This document shows positions 50,231-64,000 of a DNA stretch of 64,000 bases, one piece after another. Each line of letters opens with the position of its first letter. Within the stretch, counting starts at the first letter, position 1. Both the position numbers and the translations under genes were made by a program. The notes below the pieces were generated by a model. That model worked only from the letters and a program-made list of their open reading frames with translations, did no database searches and had not been told where the DNA came from. The DNA lies in assembly GCF_036971445.1 (NCBI RefSeq), contig NC_091482.1, positions 61,752,001 through 61,816,000 of the forward strand, read 5' to 3'. The DNA is from Narcine bancroftii (taxonomy: Eukaryota).

Positions 50231-50923
50231 GAACCTCAAGCATCACTTCATGCCCTTTTAATTGTGGTTTCATTGCAGCCAAATTTATTCTGAGCGAAAA
50301 GTGTGTCCAGTCTTAAACTTTCTCCACCAATCACGACACCCCTCTTTTGTTCGGACGCCCGCCGACATGCCGGTTATGTTTGACCTGCTGAGTTTCTCCA
50401 GCATTGTGTTCTTACTTCAACCATGGTGTCCACAGATTTTCTTAAATTTTTGGTTCTTGACGACTCGATCTGAAGAAATCTTCAGCAGACTTTTTATAGA
50501 AAGATATAGTCCACTATATATGCGTTGTAGGTTAGATTTCACTAGAGGAATGATTCTCTGCAGTTGAAACTGAGTTGGGCTGTCACCAGATTCTAGTATT
50601 TGCAGCGTCTTTTGTATTCTATTTGATTCTAGTATTTGCAGCTGTTAATATTAAAATGATTCCCCCCACCCTCCACCTTGTAATTTTGACTGGAGAGCAG
50701 GCAGAGTGTCAGTCATTTGTGCCAGATTGATTATTTTAGGGACTATTAAAACAGAACCACATGGTTTCAAAGGTGCCTTGATGGTGATTGTCTTGTCCTG
50801 CTTAGTTGACAGCTGGATTTTCCAGTTATCTCTGAATTTGTTTTATTGAAGGATAGAGCTGGAATTTAGCCGACAGCTCAAGTCTTCTGTGTTGGCTTAT
50901 TTAAGAACATGTATTTGCAGAAA

Positions 50924-51180
50924 TGAGTTTTGTGTGCCCGATGGAGATGTGGGGGGGCTGGTAGTCATGGTGGGGAGCTGGCTGATGGAGGATCTCAGTT
51001 TTCTTCAGGCTAACTTCCAGGCCAAACATTTTGGCAGTTTCCGCAAAGCAGGACGTCAAGCGCTGAAGAGCTGGCTCTGAATGGGCAACTAAAGCGGCAT
51101 CATCTGCAAAGAGTAGTTCACGGACAAGTTTCTCTTGTGTCTTGGTGTGAGCTTGCAGGCGCCTCAGATTGAAGAGACTG
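50924..51180 (-). mobile_element. Internal fragment of an RTE-clade LINE reverse transcriptase
   Basis: Open frame SLFNLRRLQAHTKTQEKLVRELLFADDAALVAHSEPALQRLTSCFAETAKMFGLEVSLKKTE, including the FADD motif. Confidence 0.85.
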
Positions 51181-52017
51181 TGATTTATTGCTTACTGAAT
51201 TTCTGATTATAGGCTCAATTTAAAGATTACAAATGTATGAATTACTTTAAATATCTAAATGAAAAATATACTTTGAAAAGTTTAATAATCATTTTGATGT
51301 GAAATTTATTCCTGTTGATCTTTTGTAAATTTCAGTCCATGGATTTGTAGATTAGCTCGAAGATATTGCCTTCTGTCCACCGCCAAGCATATTAATACCA
51401 TTTGGTGAAATACCTGAAGCTTCAAATTATCTTGTATGTCTAATGCATTTGTGGCTCTCTTGTAGTTTTACCAGCAGATCCATTCAGGCTTAAGAGGATA
51501 CTGGCACAGTTTGTAAAGAACCCAGTTGATCTGTACTCAAAATGCATACAAAAGAGGGCCTAGATCCTATTCTCCCATGGGTGCATCTTTCCACCCACCT
51601 CTTTCCCTCCACTCCAAAATGAAATTGTAATTTTAAAAAAATTCTCTCATTACCAGGTTTTTACTTTTCAATATCCTTTAAATCTGGCTTATAGTTAATG
51701 CATACACTCTGCTTTAATTTGTAATTTTTGCATTAATCTGATTGCCTGGCAGATTGTCCGTATGTCTGGCCCAATTCAATCCTGGATTGTGTTCATAAAA
51801 GTATTAAAAGGTGGTTTTGTAGCACGGAGTCCCTCACAAGTGGCAGGATGTTTGCCTGTTGTATAGAAGATGATTCTCACTATGGGAATTCTGGGCCCAA
51901 ATGCCATATGTCCCTGTGTTCCTTAAAACAGAGAGGATAAGATTTTCTCTTCAATATTTTTATAAGATTACCTGGTCTGCTTTAATACAATATTATATAA
52001 TACACATAATACACTCA

Positions 52018-52023
52018 TTTATT
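52018..52023 (-). terminator. Candidate poly(A) signal ending a roughly 5-kb ANKRD34C 3'UTR
   Basis: Minus-strand AATAAA, preceded in transcript direction by two TGTAAATA Pumilio-type elements (52204-52211, 52251-52258) in non-repetitive AT-rich DNA. Confidence 0.4.
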
Positions 52024-53424
52024 TTAAGAAAATACTCTATGCACAAATTACTGTAATACTCTACTTGCCTTCTGTAAATAAACACTGGCTATTATGATAA
52101 TTTACATCCAGAACAGGTTGCAAACCTTTTCAGGAACCCTCCAAATGATGTCCATCTTGTAGTGCAGGCCATCATTAGCGTATTTCAACTTGGAAAATGT
52201 GCTTATTTACAGATAATAAATGTACAATATTAAGAAAATACACATCATGTTATTTACACAATGACAAACAGAAGAGCACGACAGACAAAAGGTTCGTCTT
52301 TTCATATCCTTGCGAATTTAACATCCTTCAGAATGAAAGCTTGGGTTTGAGGGAATCTTGCCTCTAACAAACATTTAAAGTGCTTTAGACAGAAAAAACA
52401 CACGGATCTTGATGTACTTTGAGACCGCAAACTGCCAAGTACAATTATCATTCTGATTTTCTACTTGAGAACAGGTAGACAAAAAATATTTACTTGTATA
52501 TATTTTCTCATTAAACAGAGCAGCATTAATTTAAATTTACTCACAAGGAATACTTTGAAAGACTCATACTAATACAACAATTTATATTGTAAAATTATGC
52601 TCCAAGTGTAAATTATATTCATGAACTTTTAGTTTTTCACAAGTTTGAGACATTACGATTTTTAACAGAGTAAGTGGCTTGATGAAACAAAGCAAACTTT
52701 CCTTAAGCCCATCAACTTCAATTTGATGGACTGCTGACCTCTCTAGTAATCCTTGGAATTATTAAATAACAATACAGCAGAATTTACTGAACTGTGTTTC
52801 AGAGACAACATGACTGTGGGAGGTTAGAATTCAGCAGAAGTGGAGGCCTGGATGTTCATGAACAAGATGATGTTGATGGTGATATATATTGAAGAAATTG
52901 ACCTTTCTTGACACTGGTTTGATTTTTATCATCACTCTTGCAATTTCTAAAGTGATGTATAGGTACACAAGAGAACAGTTGTTCTTTACCTTTATCTATA
53001 TACATCTTTAGCACGAAAAGTTATAAAGATTCTATGCCACTATTTTGGGCATATTTTCCCCTGGACCTGAGCCAACATCATCTTACAACCAATATCATTT
53101 GAAATGGAATAATGATCTTCATGGCAATGTGCTCTGTGCAGACTGGCTTCCCTGTTTCCTTCATTTTGAGCTGTAACTGTATTTCTGAAGAAGGTTTGTG
53201 ATGTCCTGAGCTCTGGAGCATCATTTGAAAAAAACCAATATGTGGATGTCCCAACTAATTAGGAAAACTATATTATTGCTTGTTGCTAGGGCGGTGGTTC
53301 TCAACCTTGTTTTTCCTACTCACATACCACCTTAAATAATTCCTTACTAACCATATGGCATCCTATTCTTTGTACTTTATGGTTAGTAAGGGATTACTTA
53401 AAGTGGTAGGTGAGTGCAAAAAAA

Positions 53425-54015
53425 GGCTGATAACCTTTTATGCTAGGGGAATTAAATATAAAATAGGGAGGGTGTGCTTCAGTGTGTATGGATCTTCAAA
53501 ACCATATCTGGAATACTGTGTACAGTATTGGTCTCCTTATTTAAGGAATGATAATGATGGAAGCAGCTCAATGAAGGTTTATTCGATCTGGAATGGCTTG
53601 GTTGCCTGACTAGGGAATGTCGAACAGGGTAGCTGATATCATCAGGAATTTGAAAGTATGAGAGTGGACTTGATTGAACAGAAAGTTTCTGAGGAGTATT
53701 GAAAGGATGGATGTAGGACAAACACTTTCTCTTGTGGAAGAATTAGAACTGGGATCGGGGATCAATTCGTGACAGAAGTGAGGCAATTTTTTTTTATCCT
53801 CAGAAGGCCATAGGTTTTTTGAACTGTCTTCCTCAAAGATTGATGGAAGCAGAATCTTTGAATATTTTTTAAAACAGAGGTAGATAGATTCTTAATAAGC
53901 TCTGGGGTGGCCTGTGAAGCTTCTGAAGGGTAGGTAATTGCAGAGCTGAGAGTGTAATCAGATTTGCCATTAAATAACTGAACTCTCTTGAGATTCAGAC
54001 AGCCTACTCCTCTAA
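53425..54015 (+). mobile_element. CR1-type LINE 3' fragment
   Basis: ARGIKYK...PYLEYCVQYWSPYLR motif. Confidence 0.7.
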
Positions 54016-57000
54016 GTTTTGCATGTTTGTAAAAGAAGAATAGTTCTTTTTTTAATGCTAGATTATTGATTGTGTTTTATATAGGCATTCTGAATAATGA
54101 CAGGCAGAGAAAACTTTTTAATACCTGCCTCCATTCTCAAACCTATTCCTGTGCATAAAAGAGTATTTTTATTGTCCTAAGGATCATAGAAAATAACAAC
54201 CATCATTAAGTGGAGGCATAATCAAAAAATACCTACAGAAGCAAATCAGAAGCTGGAAAATATAGAATTGGATAGCAGAAATAGGTGATTGTGGATCATG
54301 TGATCACCCATGTCTTTCTCCTACTGAGAACCTTATACACAAAAGACATCCTTTGGATCTGCTGAACACACCACTACAATCATGTTCTATCAGCCATGCA
54401 AAAGAGAACACGCATTGTCATTTCCTTTCCTTTTAATGCAACATGACATTTTAACTTGAGGCCAACTTCTATTTGGACCCCTAGATGCAGAAAAATATCT
54501 AAAACTTGCCTGAAATAAAATACAGGTTACTTAAAATCTACAACATAGAAAATTAGGTTATCAGGGTTCAAAAATAATTTACATTATATTTCAAGATATA
54601 TCGCAATTAACAATATGGATTAAACCACAGAGAAATACTTGTTTGAAAACAAGGGAAGCCAATCCTACCTCCACTTAATGAATTACACAATAAGCACATG
54701 ACTGTGGAAGAGCTGGGAGGGTTTGACATCATTCTGAGACTAACACCTCATCAATGTGGTTGTGTCAGCAAGGAGCAGTCATTTGGCCAGATTTCAATGG
54801 GAAAATTTGGCACCGAGGGTAGGGTGTTGATATTAATTTTAAGATCTATTTGTTAAAAATTTTCCAAGATGATATCATTTTGTAAGTAATCATTTCTTGG
54901 ACAGTAGGAGAGGCAGAAATCTCTCAGGCATCATGTTGGGAAATCATCTTGGTGCCTGCAGGTCACTAGTTCTGTTCAATTTTAAATACAGTAAGTCCTC
55001 GGATTTAGTAATAGCTGTTTTCTACAGATACCCATATTGTATCAATCTACATACACTTGCTATAAATCTTTCATTTCATCAAGCACTAACAATACTCATA
55101 ATTAAATGAATGGACTATCCACTGTACCCAATCATTAATGAATACCATGAAATATTTTATTATTATAACTATCTTAAAAAAATATAATGCTACCATTCAA
55201 CAAGATCAACTAGTTTGCACCTAAAACTTTCCTTGCTTTATCCACAAATTCCTTGATTCTTTTAACATCTGGAAATCATTAAATCTGTTTGCAATGTTAT
55301 CTATAATTTGAGCTTCAAAACTCTGTGGCCAACAATTTCACTATGCTTTGAATTAAGAAATTCCCACTAACTTTAGTACTAAATGGCTTATTCCTTATTT
55401 TGAGACTGGTTGAGATTTCTTGAGATACTGTTGAGTCTTTAAAGAACTTTGTAAATTTCATTAAGATCACTTTCAGTTCTTTCAAATTATAGAGAAGAGA
55501 TCCCTAGCTTACTCAAACTTTCTTACTAAGGTAAGAGCATCTACATCAGGAAGCAATCTGGTGAATCTTTACTGCTTCCATAGCATGTATGTCCTGGAGT
55601 ATACAGTATATGAACTATCTGAGGTCACATCAAGGCCTTAGTAAGAGATCTTGCAGATTTTTTTGCAATACAAGTCAATATACCAATGACCTTCACAATG
55701 GTGTTCCCTGTGTTGGCTTTCAATAACTTGTGTACAAGGTAATCTAGGTCCCTTTGAACAACAATATTTCCTGTTCTCTCCACATTTTAAAAAGTACTCA
55801 GTATTCCTTTTTTTGCTGTTAAGGTGGAAAACCTCAGATCTTTAAAAATTGTTCTCCATATATCACGTCCACCCAATCACTTAACTTGTCTATATTTCTT
55901 TGCAGCCTTCTTTATCACTCCTCCCTTCCATGCCCCCATCCTTAATTTTGTGTTAAACGGAACTTGGAAATAACACATTTGGAATTTTTAGCCAAATGAT
56001 TCATATAAATTCTGAATAGTTAGGGTCTAAGCACTAATGTCTATAAAACTTCACCAGTCTCAAGCTGCTATAGTTCACCTAAATCCTTTGCTCCCACCTT
56101 GCTCACCATTTCCTCATTGAAATTCTTTTAAAAATGTAAATACATGTTCCACTGTTCCTACATCTACTCTAATAGATCTGTTCAAGAACTCTAGAAAGCA
56201 TGATTTCCCTTCAATAAATCTTTGTTGACTCTACTTAATCATATTTCCCAAGTATCTTTACTTTATTCCATATATTTAATTATAAATTTCAAGTCTCTCT
56301 ACTGCTGATATCAGGCAGTTGATTAATTACATAGGCTGTGCTCCAATCTGCAGGAACCATGCCATTTTGGATAAGTAGAGCACCTACTATCTCCATTGTC
56401 ATCTCTTTCAAAGTTCTGTGATTTACATGAGTAGACCCTCGCTTTTTCAGAGTTTTCAATTTCCATAAATTCTCTGCAAACCTTTTTGCCATTCTTTTTC
56501 TTTTGTCATTTGTTCTCCAGTATGTTCAGGAGGGTTGTTTGTATCTATCTTCATGGAAGAAGACACAAAATATTTATTAAATTTCTCCACCATTTTCTTA
56601 TTGGCCATTATAAATTCTCACATCCCTGTACGTAAAGGACCTACATTTTCTCTCCTTAATCTTTTACTTTGTACATACTCACAGAAGTTTGTCGCTGACT
56701 GTCAATTGATGCAAGTGTCCTTTGCACTTTGTAGCAGAAGACTAGCATTCATTTTCAGGGGATAACTAATGAGAGTCTTGTGCCTCCCGTTGGTAAGGTC
56801 AATGAAGTGTGTAATGGGACCAGTCCTCTGAAATCAATGTAGTCAAATAGCTCATATGATATAGATGAGAAGCCCTTATTGTTAATTTCATGACCCTAAT
56901 ATTTGAAGTTCATCTCTATTTGATTTGTAAATATCCACCATATATATTCAAGTATCTAACCCAGCTAGCCCAGCTCAATGCATTGTGTCATTCTAAAAAA

Positions 57001-57077
57001 AATATTAAACTTGTTTGACTGGAATTAGTCTTACTTTTCCAAAGAATCCATAAACTGAAGATAACACAAGTATATTG

Positions 57078-58754
<1,677 letters not shown>

Positions 58755-59620
58755 TCAATAATATATCTAAAGTTTTAAGAACTTCCTCAATGTGCACAAA
58801 TTAAATAATAACCTCTAATTTGTCTGCCTGGTGTTACAAATGTAATATGTTATAGGTTCATGGGTTAGAGACTGAGGATCAGGAAGGTTCAAGAACAGAT
58901 CATCTTAGGAAATTGTGGGGCAGCTTGAAGAGATACGAGGTTGACTCTCACACATTATGTACTTTCATTGCTGTTTATACAATCCCACAGTGTGTGCAGT
59001 TCTGCTCACTCAGGTGTAGAGAGGATATCAAAAGTTGGAAGAGGTCCAGAGGAGATTTTACCAGGATGTTGCCAAGAATAGAGGGCTTGGGTTAGATAGA
59101 CTGGGTATGTATTCCCTAGAGAATAGTGTAGGGGTGACTTATAGAATGATAAAATCATAAACAGTATGAACAGTGAATGCTTACAGTCTATTTCCAAGGG
59201 TAGGTGAGTTTAGAACTGGAGGGCTTAGTGGAGAGAATAAATGACAAAAAGAGGTTTTCATTTGTGACTGAAATTAAAGTGAATTCTTTTCTCATTGATG
59301 GTTGCAAATACTTGAACTCTCTTTTGAGTCATACTACTGCCCAGAAATTCCAACATACAAATGTGCTGGTAAAACTCAGCAGGTCACCCAGCATCCTTAC
59401 TGCTCTTACCTGATTGGAACTGTCTGTGGTGGTTAATCCTAACTTGTGCTTCACTTGTTCAAGAGAGCTTGCTAGTCACAGTTAAGCAGAAGCCTGTTCC
59501 CTTCCATAGTAGCTTAAGCATCATAGCATTTCAACACAACATAGTTATATTCAAACTGTAAAGATGTTCATGTACAGGCAATCAGTTATAGACCTTCAGA
59601 GAGTCCAAGTTAAGATAAAG

Positions 59621-60950
59621 ACACGAGAAACTGCAAATGCTAGAATCATGTGCAAACAAAGAGAAGCTGGATGCACTCAATGGGCATCCTCGGAAAAAAA
59701 TGTGGATCAGTGTTTTGGTTTTTGACACTTTTACGAGACTTAAATTAGGAAGGGGAGATTTCAAGCATTAAAAAGGAGGAGAGGGTGAGGGAAGGGCCAA
59801 GAGATAACAAGGTGGAAGAGGTGAGACATGCAGTGGGGTAGGGGTGGCGTCCACAGGGTCATGGGGATCTGTGAAAAGCAAATAGAAACATTTAATGTTG
59901 TTGGTTTGTAGATGTACAAGTTTTGATATATGTGGCTCAGGACTAATAGGTCTGTGTGGGAAAGGGGAGGCATTCAGATCACTGGCAAGCAGGAGTTTCA
60001 GCTTCGGCATCAGGGCAGAGTAAAGATGTTTCACAAAGTGGTCACCCAATCTGGGTTTGGTCTCACTGACGTAGATGAGGCCTCATCAAGAGCACTGAAT
60101 GAAGTAGATAAGTTTGGAGGAGGTACACTTGGAAGATATCTGCCTCACTTTAGAAGGTCTGTTTATGCCCCTGGATGGAGGTGAAGAGGAAGATGAGCAG
60201 GCAAGAGGGAGGTAAGGGGGAGATGAACAGAGAGGGGGGAAGTGAAGGAAAGGTAAATGGGCAGGAAGAAAAGTGGAGGTGAACATGCAAGAGGGAAAAA
60301 TGATCTAGGGAGTCACAGAGAGATTGGTTCCTGTGTATAACTGGAAAAGGGAAGGTGTGACAGGTGGTGGGATCACAATGTAACTGGTAAAAGTGTCAAA
60401 GAATAATGTGCCAAAAGCAGAGGCTGGTGGGATGAAAAGTGAGAACCAAAGAAATTCTGTCCTTGTTCTGACTGTGGGGTGGTGGATCAGTGTGGAAGGA
60501 AATGAGATAGAAGAGATGTAGGTGAGGACTTTATCAATGACAGGATGGAGAAAGCTGCATTTCTTGGAGAAAGATTGTCCTTGAGTGGTAGCCTCGTACT
60601 GAGAAGTAAACGAGAAATTTGGAATTGATGCAACAGTGAAGGAGTAACTGGGAGAAAGCAACAGTATCCTTACCAGAGACAGAATGGGAAAAGATGTAGT
60701 TATTTCCCTATAGCTGGGGCCCAAGTGTGTGACCATGGCTACATCCTGATTTGGACAAAATGGGAAGAATGAAAAGAGGAGTTGTAAAGGGAAGAACAAG
60801 TGCAGGAGAGTGTTGGTGAGGGGAAACAGATCAGAAGGAAACAAAGGCCCTGAGGTATGGTAAAGAAGAGGAGGTAGGGGCTGATGAATGGAATTTGTTA
60901 AAATGGGAAGAACCTGGACATGTTTCCTGGTTGTGGACAGCAGATGGCGC
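59621..60950 (-). mobile_element. Decayed Penelope-like element (RT C-terminus and GIY-YIG endonuclease remnants)
   Basis: CTSSKLIYFIQCS...GDHFVKHL (GIY-YIG) and QDVAMVTHLGPSY (RT) remnants, plus the same terminal repeat as 49760-49845. Confidence 0.75.
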
Positions 60951-63466
60951 AACAGTCCACGTGAGTCTTAGATCGGGGCTCTGCGTGGTTGCGTCTGCCC
61001 TCAAGGATGCTGCCTGCTGCTGATGTTGGAACATATGCTTTAGAGGGTCACCACATATATTACATTACAGCCGTTAGATAATGCACTAAAGCATTTAACG
61101 AATCAGTGATGAAAGGGCAGCAAATGCCAAAACGTATGAGAATCATAATATTAATTTCAATTAAATTGGAGATGTTAATGAACGCTGTCAGGTATGGATG
61201 AGCTAGTTCTGACCGATTGACAAGTCACAGCTTCCTGTTCCATGATGTTCATTTGAGAATCCTTGTTTTCATTTATATCCCCTTTCGGTGTTACCTTATC
61301 TTTAACTGTTTTATGAAATCGTAGATCTGTAGCATTAACAAAGAATACTGTCTATTTAGCCAATCGAATCTATGCTGGTTCTTTAAAGAGGACCCATTCT
61401 CCTCTTTCCACATATCAATGAAGATCTTTTTTTTCTTGTGCCTTTGTTAATGGACCTTTCAAGGCCTCGATGACTCTTTTCCCATCTCCCATACAACCAG
61501 CGATTTCTAGACCAAATGCTTGCTGCTTAATAAAGAATCTCCTTGACACTTTAAATCTGTTTCTTGCTCATTTAACCAGCCTTTACCCTATCCAAAGAGG
61601 GATAGATCTCCTCTCAACTTGCCTGAACAAGATCAATGCATGCAATCTAGCCGTGAAGCTGAAATCTTCCACCCCATCGCTTAATCCTCTCCTTTACATA
61701 CTCTCTTCCGTCGCTTCACCTCCATTTCTTGGGCCTTCACACTTGCTGAAAGAAAAAAAGCCAATCCCATGAAAGGCAATTAATGAACAAAATTATTCCT
61801 GATTTTCTTAATCGTTTTTATAGTCCAATCTACGCATTTCTGTTTCAATTAAAGTATTTAATTGTAATTAAAATCAACTTTTAATTTATAATAATCCAAC
61901 GTGACCAAAAATGCATAATTCTTGCAGAAAAACAAGAAATATATTTATTTCACAAGGAATGGCTATTAATTCAGTAAATTCAGAACATCAACACGAATTT
62001 GATTTGATATTCAGAATTACAAAGTGCTGGTGCAAACCCCCCAAAAAGGCGTCTTTGCCCCACTGGTCTATTAAATGGGAAGAGTGCCGAACATCAGATT
62101 CCATGGTGACGGTCCCTAAGTGGACGTGCGCGTGTAAAGAGCGAAGGCTGGAGAAATAGAGGAGCCGGATGTTTTGTGGCAGGGACAGGCGGATCATGGA
62201 GTGGAAAGAGGGACAGATGAGATGTCGAGAGAAATAGAGACGGACAGGCAGGAAGCATTGGGACGCATACCAGAGCAAGAGCCAGTTCGTGTATTAGTAG
62301 CTGTCCGCGGTGCTGATGTGCTAGTCTTCCACCAACTCTTCCGTTAACTCTGCTGTTTGCTATCTGCTTTCAGCTCCATGCACAGCCCTAATCTCGCCGT
62401 TCACACGCTACCTATACATATAAACCAACCAATCCCAATCAACCTGAAACTTTAGCTCTGCCTCTTTCTCCATAGATGCTGCTTGACCCACAGAATTTCC
62501 AGCACTTTGATGTACATTTATTGGACTTTGGGCGGCCGTTCCACCTCCACTCTCACCTCCTTGCTCTCCTCTCCCTTGGGGTCTCCTTCCTCCCTTCCCC
62601 GGTGCGGGGTCGCCGTGCCGGGTTCCTCGATGGACAATGTGTTTACTGTTCGCCAGTGTGTGTGTTCGCTCTCATTCCTGCGCAGACGGGGCTGCTACCT
62701 TACGGTGTGGAAAGCACAGCGCCAGTGGGGGAAAGTCAGCTCTCCCCAAGCCTTGTGTGAGATGCTAGAAGGGGGTGGGGGGGGGGGGTAGGGAATCTGT
62801 GGGTGGTGCTGCGGCCGTTGAACGAGAAGCAGGGAGCCCTCGCCTCTATTTCCCCCTAGTTTGGGGGGGGGGGCTTTCGCCGAGGGCAATCATCAATGGG
62901 TAGGGGAAAGGCGTGTTCACGAGCAGATAGAGGGATGAAGTAGGAATGGTATAGAAGCTCCAAAATGCACTTGCAGCGGGTGGGGTCAAACCTGCCCCGA
63001 TGTCTGTTCCCCCGACAAGGATCGCAGCTCCCGACTGAATGTTTCATTCTTGTTTCACTCGGCACGTCCAGCGACAACCAATTGCTTAAGTTTTCCGAGG
63101 GACGAGCGCGTCAATGTTGCGGGAACCCAGCCGTGCCCCACTGAAGAAATATTAAAATCTGATCCTCGCAGAAGAAAAGCAACCCTCAGTGTTAAAATCA
63201 CGCCTACACCAAAATGCTTCGCTGCTGTCGAACTCCGCAATATCTTCCCCCGGGGGATAGAGGGAGATCGGGGACTGTTAACAAAGTAAATCTATAAATA
63301 TATATATAAAAAGATTAGCTAACTGGGGTGTTAAAACAGAAATCGCAACAGATTCTTGCTCATCGTTCATGAACCACCGGTAGAGCTTCATTTAATAACA
63401 TTTAACATCGCTTCTACATTCCATTTATTTTTTTTTAAAGGGTACAAAAATATTAAGCAGACTTAC

Positions 63467-64000
63467 GTCTTGGGACGGAGCTCGACAGCGCTGCGGCGTT
63501 GAACAGACCATGCTGTGTCTCAAGAGTCTTGCTCAATTTTGGCTTTTAATCCAAAAATTAAATATCGAGAAGTCGATTTATTTCCCGACTGCGGCAGCAC
63601 GGGGTGAGGAAAGCAATGTGTGAGGGGTTACGTGTGCAGCTCCGACAGGTCCTGAATTGTATTTACATTTTGAAAGGTGAGGTGAGTAGTGGAATGTTGC
63701 AGCTGAGACCTATCTGGATTATTTCCCCTCTTGGGTCTGAACAGCGTTGTTCTAGTTTGCCCTGGGTTTCGGGTGAGCTCAGATGGAGAGATAGGGTTTA
63801 TAAATAACCTTTTTTTTTTCATTTGTCGGAAGAAGTACGATGGTATGCGCGTCATACACGTCATCCCCAAAATAAGCACGTAACCAGTGTGGGAAGTATT
63901 TTTGCCCCTCTGCTAATATCTGCTGAAAATAACCCTTCTGTGTAAATATCGCTTCTTTATCCACGTAACCAGTCCTGATGTGTCTGTGTTGGAGGGAGGG
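63467..64000 (-). other. ANKRD34C: Putative non-coding upstream exon of ANKRD34C
   Basis: Consensus donor GAC|gtaagt at 63467/63466 in a CpG-enriched region (about 62050-64000). The exon 5' end cannot be determined. Confidence 0.55.

Noticed and set aside
49624-50239. Overlapping Pro/Ala/Arg/Gly-rich ORFs in the CpG island
   Set aside because: Stop-codon scarcity in GC-rich DNA; no similarity to known proteins.
60305-60952. 215-aa minus-strand ORF
   Set aside because: Mosaic of frameshifted Penelope-like remnants; not a coherent protein.

Overview
This is vertebrate genomic DNA, most likely a cartilaginous fish: it carries an HE1/V-SINE-like SINE and many CR1, Rex1/Babar, RTE, Penelope and L1-clade fragments. 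Four spliced genes were rebuilt by hand from GT-AG boundaries, exon phase and protein similarity: the last five coding exons of ZWILCH (+), complete LCTL/gamma-Klotho (-, 13 exons, 562 aa), complete SNAPC5 (-, 3 coding exons, 100 aa) and ANKRD34C (-, one coding exon, 533 aa). Two observations stand out. (1) A young 2.44-kb L1-clade element in LCTL intron 4 has a 16-bp target-site duplication, a 44-nt poly(A) and an intact ORF1, but its ORF2 is reduced to decayed N- and C-terminal stubs: an ORF1-only, HAL1-like non-autonomous retroelement. (2) A 74-nt candidate alternative exon in LCTL intron 12 would replace the transmembrane anchor with a soluble tail ending HDEV*, a KDEL/HDEL-like ER-retrieval signal. 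Gene and repeat-family names rest on recalled similarity; no database search was run.
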